DNA of 56,745 nt, filler included, from Sphacelaria rigidula (Eukaryota): NCBI GenBank assembly GCA_964200075.2. It is 5 parts of 5 records of this genome, joined end to end, with 100 filler letters (N's around TTAATTAATTAA, not from the genome) between each part and the next. Parts side by side here need not be neighbours in the genome. Positions count along the whole stretch, not along the records: positions 34,110 to 45,378 come from CAXNAA020005143.1; positions 45,479 to 56,745 come from CAXNAA020005144.1; 3 more parts are not named here. One strand, 5' to 3'. Positions 37,101 through 48,900 of this stretch are shown piece by piece (position 1 is the stretch's first letter; each line of letters begins with the position of its first letter). The position numbers and the translations under genes are program-made. The notes beneath the pieces are model-generated. The model was not told where the DNA came from, did no database searches, and saw only the letters and a program-made list of their open reading frames with translations.

Positions 37101-39599
37101 GACCTCCGCACCCAATCTGGTGCTGAACCCCGTAATCGCCCCACTCTGGCTGTTGATACGCCGCCGAAATCGGAACAATCCCCGCCCACGCGTGAAGAAG
37201 CATACCACCGGCTTAGGCAAACTCGCCCAGCCTTCATTCCCCCGCGCCATTGGTACATTTTTTTGGTGACGGAACAGGCTGAGTGCTGGCACTAAATTCG
37301 AAACAACAGTCTCGAACAGATCAATTGTGCGGTGACATACTTGGAATTTGCCCGCCTCTAGGCTGGTCAACGTGAAGGTTTTCCAGGGATCCAGGAGCCC
37401 ACACAGGCCCCCCGTAATGTAGATGTCCACCCCGAGAAAAAGCCAACGGAACAGAGCAAACTAGAATGCGCGATACGCGAATCCACGAAGGCTCTGGAAA
37501 TTGCGGAGCAAGAGTATAAGCTCTGTCAACAAAAAGACACTTGGAAGCTTCGCACCATTTTTCACTAGTTGGCGAGTCTGGCAATCACAACTGCTTCCGC
37601 ACGGTCGCCTGCACCGCCCCAGAAGCGACAACTGATTCGACGGTAATGATAATCGCTAACGTTGTCCAACGCCTGAACCACCTGACCTGGCACACTTTCA
37701 ACCGCATGCACCGGTCCAATCACAAAACGGTAGACGTTTACACATGAGAGGGTCCAGTGCTGCGGCTGAACCCCGCCAGGACGGTACCCGCACACCACTG
37801 ATGCTCACCTCACAACTTGACAACCTTTTGGGAACGTTCTACAAGTTCCGGAGATTCCAAATAGCATCCAGTGGGGTAGCCCAGGACGCGTTGCTTAGCT
37901 CAAAACCTAGGCGCCGCCACCCGCTGTTTATATTCTACTTCTGACCGTTCATTTCTCAAAAGTTGGTAAAATTCCACAATCAGAAATGAACAATAATCGG
38001 TAACTCACCGCAGAAGTATCCAATAGTTTCATGTTCAACGATTTTCTTTCACTCGGCCAGGTTACAGACATAAGACACGTAAATCAACGGCGGCCACCGA
38101 TGGTTCAACCATGTGGTGTGGGTTCCCTGGATATGCTGACACTGCCTTGAAGGGTTCCAAGACAGTCGAGGCCCGTGCACCATTGCATGGCTATCAATTG
38201 AGCAGTGACCAAATCCAACGTTTAAATTCTGAATTTGATCACCCAGTGTTACATCCACCATGCACTAATCATATTCAATCGAATTCCCTTCTCTTCGGGT
38301 GAGAGGAAGTCATGTAGTGCAGGTTTTAACGCATCCGGAGCCGAAATATCTTCTGGTACGGTAGACGCTGCCCCTTTAACTGTTCATTGGAGGATACGAT
38401 ATTCAAAGCCACACACTCGAGCACCCTCCAGCTGCTCGAGTGTCCGGCTAACCACCCTACCTAGTTCCGCAAAAACTACGGTACCCGGTTCCCTTTTATT
38501 TGATGAGCGTAATTATTCCTTGGAGGGTCGCAACCGCAAAAAACGCCTGCTTTCCGTCGCTCAGCGGGTTGGAATGGAACCCCAAGTGACAGCGATCCAT
38601 GTGGTGCGCCAAGAGCGTGACGTAGGTTCGACTGTCCGAGAACTCATTTCAATAGCCCCTGGAGCCGCCGACCCTTTCGTGCGCTATGCGCGTCACCCTG
38701 GGCGGGCTCCTCCAGATGATCATGTAGATAACCCTGATGTAGCAAGCGCACGTGAACTCCAAGGAAGAGATTGCGTATGGGCTCAAGCAGATGAACTTAG
38801 GAGTGGAAGAGGCCGGTACTCCCCAGATTTCGAACAAATCGTTACTGCTTCCTGACCACCCCTCGTGCACTGCGTCAGAACCCATTTCTGATCAAGCGTC
38901 GCCGTCTGTAGGGGCAGAGACTTCGCCGACTCATGGACGTTCGCATCCTAGTCATGAAGAAACCTCAATCGTGTGTTTGTCACCAGGCAGACAAAGTGTT
39001 AAGCAAGACGACTGGTCTCCGAACCTGCCCACGCTGGCCCCTTTAATAGACGCCGGGTTGAACAGCACAGCTCCATCAACCCCGCGTCCTGACGAATCGT
39101 CTTCAAAACCTCCCATGTTGGCCCTACCTAATGACGGTATTGAGTGAATTGGCGTATCAAACTCAACACCGCGCCCCGATGAAGCGTCCCCCGTTCTTAC
39201 GAAGCTGGATAATATAATTGATCCCGCTTTGCACAATGATGATCCGCACCCTCTGTTGGCCAATGAGGGTGAAACACCTGGCACGAATCAGTCGTCGGGT
39301 CTAACCACGACAACTGCCCTTCCCCGGCATCGCCCCTCCGTTGCAGTATATGAGATTCAACCCTCGACTGATGAGACAAATATTCCAGGCACAAACACTG
39401 ACACTCCATGCACGCACCATCCTTCCGACCAAAAGCTTGTCACACAGGATCATCAACGGGTATATTTAGCACCTTCATTGAAAACGCAAGTCAGGATGTG
39501 TGAGATGTCTTACCCGAATTCGGGCCCGATCTCGTCAGTGGTACTGCAACTATGGATGATGCTTCTTTCACGACTAAGATAGGTTTACATAGTGGAGCG

Positions 39600-39960
39600 C
39601 GTGCAAACTGTCATTTGATAGCCCTTGCATTCCCAGACTCAGATTCGCCTCAAACGTTCATTACAGCCAGCTGCTGGCAACAGCTTATCAACGCGGGCGC
39701 GGCGGATGAGCATTGTCTGTCCACCGTGCACCCTCGTGTTTTTGGTGGGTTTGGCTCCTCCACATCTCTTACGGTGAATCAATCGGTGCGACTAAGTGTA
39801 TAAACCTACCAGGATACTACTCCCACTGCTCGGTTATCCCTATGGGCACTAATTGTGCCCGACGGTTCCATGTCTTTTTATGTTTTGTTGAGCCGAGATA
39901 GTTGGCTTCGTTTTTCCACACGCACGTATACGTCGGACATACCTGTCCCGAACCGTCCAG
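39600..39960 (+). pseudogene. Aspartic protease remnant of Gypsy pol
   Basis: ALAFPDSDSPQTFIT (degenerate LDSG motif) and downstream VLLSRDSW (LLGRDW-like). Confidence 0.55.
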
Positions 39961-40619
39961 TCACAGGCAAACTGTCACTGGGTCACTTCGACACTGATTT
40001 GGGGGCTCATGCCTACAGGGATGACCCCACGCAAACAGGTGATGCTTCCCGTCTGTACTATGTTGGTGAACCTGTGGTATCGCTTTCTCGTGAACCCCAA
40101 CTTATCCGTGTGAACCTCGTGAGATGCAATTGATCGCCCGCCCTCACAGGACATTATTTGGTCGAAGTGTTCAAACCTGACCAGCCACAGGTTGGTCCGT
40201 TTGAACAGACCGAAGTCTTTGTTCATGGAGGTGGCAGGCCATTTACCTCACGCCCCCTGCATGTTTCGATATACTCAACGGACAGTTGTTGAGTTGTGCT
40301 CAAGCGCCTCTCGTACGATCTACCCTTTTAGATGCGTACCCCCTGCGGAAAACAACTTGTCAACCGACCCTCCCAATTCCACGGGCCCCCCTCCGCTACA
40401 CATGCCTGACCCCATGGTAGTGACAAATCCACCAGAAGCGCCCGAACCTCAACCTTCAACTGCATTACTGGATAGGCTTTCCCCAGAAGAACGCGCCAGT
40501 TTTCAAACGTTGTGGGATGACATCCCCCCTCATTTGCGGCATATTGTTTTTTATCTGTGCAGCGATGATTGGATACCAACTGTAATCGATAGATTGAGGT
40601 CCATCTTGATTAGATATTC

Positions 40620-42000
40620 TGAACGGCCTTCTACTGCACCCTTGGATTTAGGTCGATGTACCGAGACACCGTTCAAGATCAAAATCTCTGATGGCACTCC
40701 GCCCATCGCTATGCGTCCGTACCATACGGATCCCCTCTTAGCGGATAAGATCCAGATAATACTCGATGGTTACTTATCCGCCGGTTCAATTCGGCACTCG
40801 ATGTCTCCGTGGGCCTCGCCTTTAGTAGTCGTTCGCAAGGAGAATGGCAATATCGGACTGACGGTCAATTATCAACGATTGAACGCTGTCACCAAAATCG
40901 CCAGGCTGCCACTTCCACGAATTGATGAAATGATTGACTCTCTTGGAGAGGGTAAGGTAGTTTCGAACTTTGACATGCAGTCCGGCTACCACCAACTCGT
41001 GATGGATCCGAATTCCATTGAACAGACGGCGTTTTGCACGTCATCAGGTTTGTACGAGTGACTGGTTTCACCACAAAGTGCCGCCGGAGCTCCAGGTGCG
41101 TTTCAACGTATGTTGTTCCGTGTGACTGATGGATTGCCAAAATACCAAATGTACCTTGATGATGCGGTGTGCAACGACTGCACACCGGCAAAACACATCG
41201 AACAGTTGACATCATGCTTTAATCGGTTTGAACAACACAACTTGAAACTCGCCCCCTCCAAATCCCGTATTGGCGCCACGAAGATTGAGTTCTTGGGTCA
41301 CTGCATCACCCCCGAAGGTCGTAGCCCAAACATCAACAAGGTCGCCGCACTCGCCGATATGCCCATGCCACGGGACATTCCTCAACTGCGCTCCTTGTTG
41401 GGAGGTCTAAATTACTACAGACAGTACTTGCCAAACCTTGCCCAAACGCTGAAACCCCTCACCACCCTCCTCAAAAAAGGGGTGCAATCTGTGTTCACAT
41501 CGGAAATGTAAAAAACCGTCCGCCGTCTTCTCGACACTCTTTCGCGCCCGCCGATTCTCGTCTTTCCCGCTGGTTGGCAGCGGAGCATGGTTCCCGCCCT
41601 TTCCGTCTCCACACAGATTCTTCCAAAATTGGGCTTGACTGCACATTAGAACAGGAACAAGACGATGCTACTGTTCGTCACATTGTATATCTGAGTCGCA
41701 CGTCTTTTCCAAATAAACAGAATTGGTCTGTCATGGAACAAGAGGCCGGCGCAGTTGTTTGGGGTGTGCGACGTCTGCGTCAGTATTTGTATGACATCCC
41801 GGTCGTAATTTACACGGATCAAAAGTCTTTGGAAAGCCTCGCCAAAACGGCGGAACACAACGCTAAGGTACAACGCTGGTTCGAATTCCTGTCGTCTTAC
41901 AACTTGCAGTTGAAATATCACACAGACCCGCAAAATGCAAACGCCGACTTTATGTCATGCTTGCCCGCGCCGGCTCAACCTATCGATGAACCCCCCATGG
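40620..42000 (+). pseudogene. pol: Reverse transcriptase and RNase H remnant
   Basis: SPWASPLVVVRK, VNYQRLN, PLPRIDE, DMQSGYHQ, TAF, YLDD, IEFLGH, LRSLLGGLNYYR, LHTDSS, E.GAVVWG, YTDQKSL, NANAD; stops at 41059 and 41509, frameshift near 41570. Confidence 0.93.
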
Positions 42001-42999
42001 GACGTATCACCGATCCCACCGCAGACATTGTTTCGTGAATAGGAATGGACATAAAGGTCTCTACACACCACTTCCACTGAGAGAAACGCCGGCTTTACGC
42101 ATGGGTGGGCTGACGACCACAGCCCACGCATCAGTTCTTGGCAGCTTGCAACCTCAATCGTTGTACTCAGTTTGGAATGGACTGTCTATGAATACTGGTA
42201 GCTATGATCATTTTCGTGCAACTGACCGGCGCATGGTTTTCGCAGCAGGTGTAGAACCGTCCTTTGCTGACTTTGTCTTACCAGTTCAAGTTCGATATTT
42301 GATTTTGAGTAGGACTCGTGGACGGCGGACCACCGAAACGGTCACCAAATTAGCCGCATCTGGTCCTGACCTTCCCCTCCCTGCCCCCACCCCGGTCCCC
42401 GATAGTTTCCTTGCGCCTCCTCAACCTCCACGACGTAAGACCCTCAGAAACTCGACCCCGACCGTGCCGCCCCTGCCAATCATAGCCGAAACCACGGCTA
42501 TGCCCCCCTCCCTTGGTGATGATATTGCAAACACCACCACAACCCACCACGCTAGTCGACGCAGGAGTAGACGTTAACTTTTGTCTGAGGATACACCAAC
42601 TGGTATGCTCACCCCTGATTCCGACATCACCGCTTCGTGTCAACCCCGCCCCGAACCGATCCAACGCGAAGTAGACGCTTCAACAGGTGGCGTATTCAAG
42701 GAACGTTTGACTCTCTTCTCCCACACCGATTGGGCCCGGACACAACAGGCAGAACCTGCTTGTAAATGAGCTATCCATTATCTATCCAACGGTTGCTCAT
42801 GTCCGTTCTCAGAAACCGAATTCCTTTTGCCCGTCGGGAACCTCAAAGCCCTCACACAGGATGAAGTTACTGAACTTGCGCGGAAAGGTATGCTGCATAC
42901 GGATGATGATGATATAGTTTTGTAAGTTCGCTGGCCCACAGCAGCCCTCCCGAGGGGAAAGCCTACAAGTCGACATACCCGCTTGCTAGGTAATGAACC

Positions 43000-43983
43000 C
43001 ATCCGCATCTATGTCCCGATGCTCCTGCGCCCATGGGTTCTACACGAATGCCATTCATAGGCATCGACTCCTTTGGGCGCCATGAGGACCTCGCAGATGT
43101 TGGAACGTTTTTATTGGTGGATTTGTATGGATCAGTGTATACGTTGGTGGGTGAGGCGTTGTGTTTTGTGTCAGGCGCGAAAAACTTTCTGCCAAACAGT
43201 TCGTTGGCCGATTTTTTCCATGCCACTCCCAAACGGACCTGGTAAAGCAGTTTCGTGGGACTATTTTGATCCTTTGCCTCTGAAGGATAGTGGTAAGAAG
43301 TATATTTTGTTGTTCACGGATAGATTTAGTCGACATGCGGTGATTCACGCTGTCCCTGCCAGTAGCTATAACGCGGAGTTACCGTCAACATTCTTGTATA
43401 CATGTATATCCCACAGTGGGGTGTGCCCAAACGCTTACTGTCTGACAACGGCCCGCATTTTTCAGGCAAACGTTCAGCCGCCGTCAGTGGCCTTTTGTGT
43501 GCCCATCGCATTTTTACTAGTTCATATCACCCTTCCACCAATGGTGGGACGGAACGAGTGAACCATACGATGGTACAGATGCTTGCTGCTGCAGTAAATG
43601 AGAGACTGATGAACTGGGATCTGCATCTACCCCTTGTCCAAATGGATTATAATAGTCCAGTCAATGCCGCTACGAGATTGTCACCGAATGAAATTCATCT
43701 TGGTCACATGCCTAGGTTACCTTTAACGGTATTTGAGCGCAAAAATACAGGCGGACATCAGAGTCTGGATCGTGATCTTGTAGAGTATCACTTGTCGGTT
43801 AGCAATCGTCTTTGTCTTGCATATGAAGTGGTACGAGGACAGAACCAAATCAATTTGGCCAGGGTGGCAGGGGCGAAGTCGATGTTGGCTGATGTGGTAC
43901 ATAACCGCCCGGTGTGGAAGGTAGGCCAATGGGCATGGGAATATAACGATGTGAAGACCATCAATCAAGGGGTTAGCTCATAA
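43000..43983 (+). pseudogene. pol: Integrase remnant (zinc finger and DDE core)
   Basis: FYWW...CVLCQARK, SWDYF, DRFSR, WGVPKRLLSDNGPHF, YHPSTNGGTERVN; frameshift near 43380. Confidence 0.93.
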
Positions 43984-44299
43984 TCATCCTCTTTGGGCAA
44001 AATGTTGAAGGCGGAACTATCCTTGAATTGGATTGGTCCTCGGGAATGTTTTGCTGTTGGTCCAAGCGCTACCGCACCCGACGAGAGTCCGGTGGGAGCG
44101 AAACGTTTGCATTTGGATTTTCCCACGGATGAACCCGGTTTGAAACCGAAACATCGCGCCTCGATGTACGATGCAAACCGTGTATCCCCCCTCGTGATTC
44201 CTCGGACATGCCCAAAGAACTGCCGCTGGGGCTTAGCCAGTATGTGTTGACCAAGTATGCGATCAAAACTCCGCCGTATAATATGACGGTCGAGGATGC

Positions 44300-44820
44300 G
44301 GACGCACCCCTGGAACGCGTTGAGGTAGATAGGATTTCGGTCCGTCGAATGGTTCGCGGGCGTGGAAGTAAGGTAGCGGCAATGTATCAAACACATTAAA
44401 AGGGTATCATGGGCGTTAGATGGGAGCGTCAAGTTGATTTGCGTCATTTTCGTCGGGAAATATTGCTGTGCTGGGTAGGAGATGCCGTCCAACACCGCCC
44501 GTTGAATAAGAGATATCAGTCTATGCGCTGCCGCTCGGGAACTGGCACGTGAGCACTCAGCGCGGTTTGTTGTAACAGGTAATAGCCTTCTTTCGCGTTC
44601 ACAATACATGCAGTCTTTTCACGGACAACGCCTGCCGAAGGGGGCGTAATTTTGGTATAAGGCCTTGGATTCACTGTGGTGGTTGGGTAAAATTCATTCG
44701 GTCGATCCTGCATCTGACGACTGCTGCGTTTCCTCGATGACCCGGCCCTACTTAAGACTCGCTTGGATGATGCCTACTACACCGAGGTGCCGACCGACCG
44801 CCGGGGATCCTGGTACCCCC
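44300..44820 (+). pseudogene. Chromodomain-like and PWWP/Tudor-like C-terminal extension of integrase
   Basis: VEVDRISVRRMVRGRG....YQTH*KG....WE...DL, then FWYKALDSLWWLGKI...(frameshift)LRFLDDP. Confidence 0.55.
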
Positions 44821-45378
44821 AACGACACGACTAAGGCGATCTCGACACAATCGTTCTACGCAACACGGACACCGCTTGGGATGCAGGAGACTCATGATGC
44901 CGCATCCGAGTCTACTTCCCCGTTCACCTTGCGTAGTATACCATGTGCGAGTCGCTTGTCTTGCACCGTAGCGTCGTTGGAAAACCATGTCGCCCCCCCC
45001 CCCCCCCCCCCCCCCCCCGTTTTTTTTTTCTTTTGTGCCCCCCCTTCTTTTTGGTTTGTTTGTGTTTTTTGTTTTGGTTGTTTTTNNNNNNNNNNCTCTT
45101 TCCCCCCTCCCCCTGCGTGAGTAACCGTTGGCGGGCCCGTTTTCTTGCCCCCTAGCGTCGGTGGGAAACCCCGGCCCCCCCCCCCCCCCCCCCATTCAAT
45201 TTGTTTTCGTACTGCTGTAGCCCCGTTCTTGTAGTGGTGGTATTTTGTGTTTTGTGTTTTGTGTTTTGTTTTTTGTATTTTGTATTTAACAGCAAATTGT
45301 GCGAATTGATGTTTAACTCTGAATTGAGGCTCAAGTGGGCAACCCGAGTTGCGAACTGTTTGTAGCAGAAGTACCGAG

Positions 45379-45478
45379 NNNNNNNNNNNNNNNNNNNNNN
45401 NNNNNNNNNNNNNNNNNNNNNNTTAATTAATTAANNNNNNNNNNNNNNNNNNNNNNNNNNNNNNNNNNNNNNNNNNNN
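45379..45478. other. Artificial contig spacer
   Basis: 100-nt N/TTAATTAATTAA block. Confidence 0.97.
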
Positions 45479-45866
45479 TGCCCATCTGCTCAAAATCTTG
45501 GACCCATACTTTCTCGTTGATTGCAATAATCAGTTTCCTGGTTTGAGTAAAATACCCTTGACTCATGAAAAAAAAACTTTTGGTACCGATGTTTTATTGT
45601 ATTTTATGCCCTATGCATTGTCCATATCAAATTTCAGGGTCCAACTCTAAATATATGAAAGGGCATGGGCCTGCAAACTTCAAATCCGCCTCTAGACTGG
45701 CCGAGCTCGTACTACTCTGGAGTGCGGGAGGTTGTTCTGGCCGTTGTCGCGTACATCGCCAGTTGTGAATCCTCCCACAACACCGCTCTTAACTCTCAAG
45801 TATAGCCCATACCGTCATCCCTTGCTTTGCTCGCGGTGCCTTGAAAAATGTGCGAAACAAACACAG

Positions 45867-45999
45867 GATCAAGGGAAAAGAAGCGACACGGCGCATCAAC
45901 TTCTTCGTGAACTCCATGTTCGTCGAGCACCCGGAGTCCACCCAGGTGCTGAAGATGCCCTCGCTGACGACCCTCACGCCCTACTACAAGGAAGAGGTG
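45867..45999 (+). CDS. GT48 exon
   Basis: EATRRINFFVNSMF...LTPYYKEEV; cag| acceptor and |gtgagt donor. Confidence 0.9.
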
Positions 46000-48900
46000 G
46001 TGAGTGTTCGTTTTGCCCAAGTGTCGCTCGCAATAGGATGCGCCACGGGTGGCCGACGGCAGGGTGTTGTACGAGATGTGACCTGGACTGGGATGGAAGT
46101 TCGATATGCGGGGCATAAATTGTTGTTATCTTGTGTCCAGGGTGTGGAGGATACCAGCGCTGAGTTGGACAATTCTGTCGTCTCTGCGCCACTAGGGTAC
46201 CATCATATCCGCCCCCATCCCCTATGAAATTACACATGAGTCCAAAGTTTGTGTACGGGGTAAATGAGTGATACAGCACACGGCATGAAACGCTCACGCA
46301 AGGTCGTGTCTACTTCATTGCATTTTCGGATCAAACTTGAGATCTTGTGCTCTGCTTGAATCACGTCATGAGGGATAGTGTGAGCCACACTGAGCAGTGA
46401 AATCGCTGCCCTCGTGTCGATGCCTTCATGCCATGGGGGTTGTGTAAGACCACAAGCTCTCTACCGCCGGTGCAATGTACTTCTGCATATGACGCAGGTG
46501 TATTCCATCGACTACCTGAAGGAAATTACTATGGACGGACTGACTGTGCTCGAGTACATGAGGCAAGTGCTGCTGCAACACGTTTATCCGCCTTACCCAT
46601 CCGCTGTTCGCTGGCGGTGCAAAACCAACTGATTCTGTAGTTGGAGCATGTTGTCAAGTTCCAGTTGTGGTCATGCCCACTGCTTGCCAAAACAGTGTTC
46701 CATACGGAAATTCACCTATTTGTTGACGTGACACATGTAGCTAGTCGTGATCAGCAGCCGAGGGTAGACTGCCACTACCACCACTGCTGCTACGGCCACT
46801 GCTGCTGCTGCTGCTGCTCATACTGCAAACAGTGACTCTATTGAGACTTGTCGTAAAGGCGGATAACAGTCCAGTGTGTAAAAATCCAGACATCAACCGA
46901 ACGATGTTCGTACTAGCCGAAATTGGCTACACCGACGGAACTGCTTCCCGCGCTCTTCATCGCCTCGTGTGCGCCAACATTTAGGTCCATCTATGAAGAC
47001 GAGTTTGGCAACTTTGTCGAGCGTATGAGCGACGAAGCAAGTGAAAAGCAAAAACAGATGAAAAAACGCGTTTTTGTGCTCAGCGTGGACGTGGTGGATC
47101 CTATGCTCGATGTTTTGCTGGACACGGATCTAGATGCCGACACCTCCCTCGAGAGGTGAGAATCAATGTTGCCGGGTGTGCCGCAGTACTTACGGCTAAA
47201 CACAAGCCCCTGGCGTGTGTTCTTGTCATCTACGAAGAATCGATATATCAGGTAGACTTGACTGGAACACGAGAAAAGCACCTTCAGCCTGCGAACGGCC
47301 GTGTCGTGGCGGTTACTAGCTTTGCAGTGTGCCTAGCCGGGGTGAGAGTGAAATTCTGATACCTATTGCTGGAGCGGTGGTGTTCCGATACAAACCGCAG
47401 GCGATTGGGCTCATACCCTAGCGTTTCGCGTGCTGTCAATGAGTAAGTTCAGAAGAGGTAGCAACCAGCGTTGGGCCAAGGCTCCTGGTGCCATGGTTGA
47501 CTTGCAGCCCCCCGCTACTGTGCGAGGCATATCTTAGTAAATGTGAACATTGACCACACCGCCGCAATCATGTACTATTTTGCATCATGTGGTAACGGCC
47601 GAGAATTCGCGCGATCTTCGCTTCACAGCGTGGTGAAGAGGGTGGAGAAGGAAATCCTAACCCGGGAGAAGAAGCTACGCGAGGACGACGGGGAAGATCC
47701 GTTCGACTCCGAGCAACTGGAAGAAGTCAAGGAGGCGATCCGAGAGGTTGACATCGAAGAGATGGTGCTGCAGTTGCAATTGTGGGCGAGCTACCGTGGG
47801 CAGACGCTGTCGAGGACTGTGCGCGGGATCATGTACTACAGTAAGGCCGTCCGTCTGCTCGCTGCCGTGGAAAACATGTGAGTTTCTGCTTGTCGTTGTG
47901 GCGTTGCCAGAACCAACAGTAGCAAAGAAGGATGCCAGCTGGATGCGCGTCTTCTTTTCGAAAACTGTCCTGCGTGTGATGTACCGCAGCGGCGGCTGTG
48001 CAGTCGGCTGTTTTTTTTGCCGCACGTTTCGCTGTTTTGCAGTGGTGCAGTGACATGATCAACAAACAGATAGCACGATCAGCGCAGCAATTGCTGAGAA
48101 TGCGCGTTTCACTCGGCTTCTCATGTACACGACCCGAGTCCGCTCACGCAGAATGCCTGCTAACGTGCAACTCCCTCGGTCGCCCCCATGCCCGCTGGTA
48201 CCCGCATGGGACCCTCCCTTCCGAAACATGTATTTCCGCGAAAACCGACGGAACCGTTTCCGTAGCGAGGAATTCCAACCCAAAGAGAATCTTTCCATAT
48301 TCGGGAGCAACGAAAAGCCAGAGCAAGACGAAGAAGACGACGTCGGCGAAGGCGGGGTCGGAGACAGGTGGCACGGCGTGGTGGACGATGCCGTTCGAAA
48401 CGAAGGTCAAAACAAAAGAATGACGGCCTTCTTCAACATCTTCACCGCCAAGAGCAGCGCGAACGTCACCGAAGGTGTGCTAGAGGGCGAAATCGACAAA
48501 AACCGGTCCTTTTTTGAGACCGATTCCGACGACGACGGTTCCCTCACGGGGCTCATGGCACGGCGGGCGCGGTCACGGTCAAGAACTCCGCCGCGTGCTG
48601 GCTCGCGGCGCGCGGCAGTTTCACCTCCTGCGTTACCGCCACGCGACCAAGCTGCGCCAGCCCCTCTGGTGCACTTGAGCCCTCCTGCCTTGCCTCCACG
48701 GCACCCGGGGGCAGAAAGAGATCCAGACTCAGAAGAGGACGAACTGGATCTGGCGATCAACGCCAACAGGGCTGTACTGGAGGCTGACGAGGAGTACTCC
48801 CCGCGAAGGGCGACAATGGCGGCGGAGGCCTTCAGGGCGCCGTCGCCCGTGGCGAGTGTGGTGTTTGCTAGCAGGCGCGACGCCGCGAACGGCGGGAAAC

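Larger units (their letters stand above)
36600..44900 (+). mobile_element. Degenerate Ty3/Gypsy LTR retrotransposon (possible gag, then PR-RT-RH-IN-chromo); boundaries approximate, LTRs not identified
   Basis: Domain order RT-RNaseH-IN is diagnostic of Gypsy; many stops and frameshifts. The gag assignment of about 36.6-38.3 kb is positional only. Confidence 0.9.

Noticed and set aside
34110..45867. Gypsy insertion truncating the GT48 N-terminus
   Set aside because: They lie on different contigs; the missing exons are explained by the contig ends.
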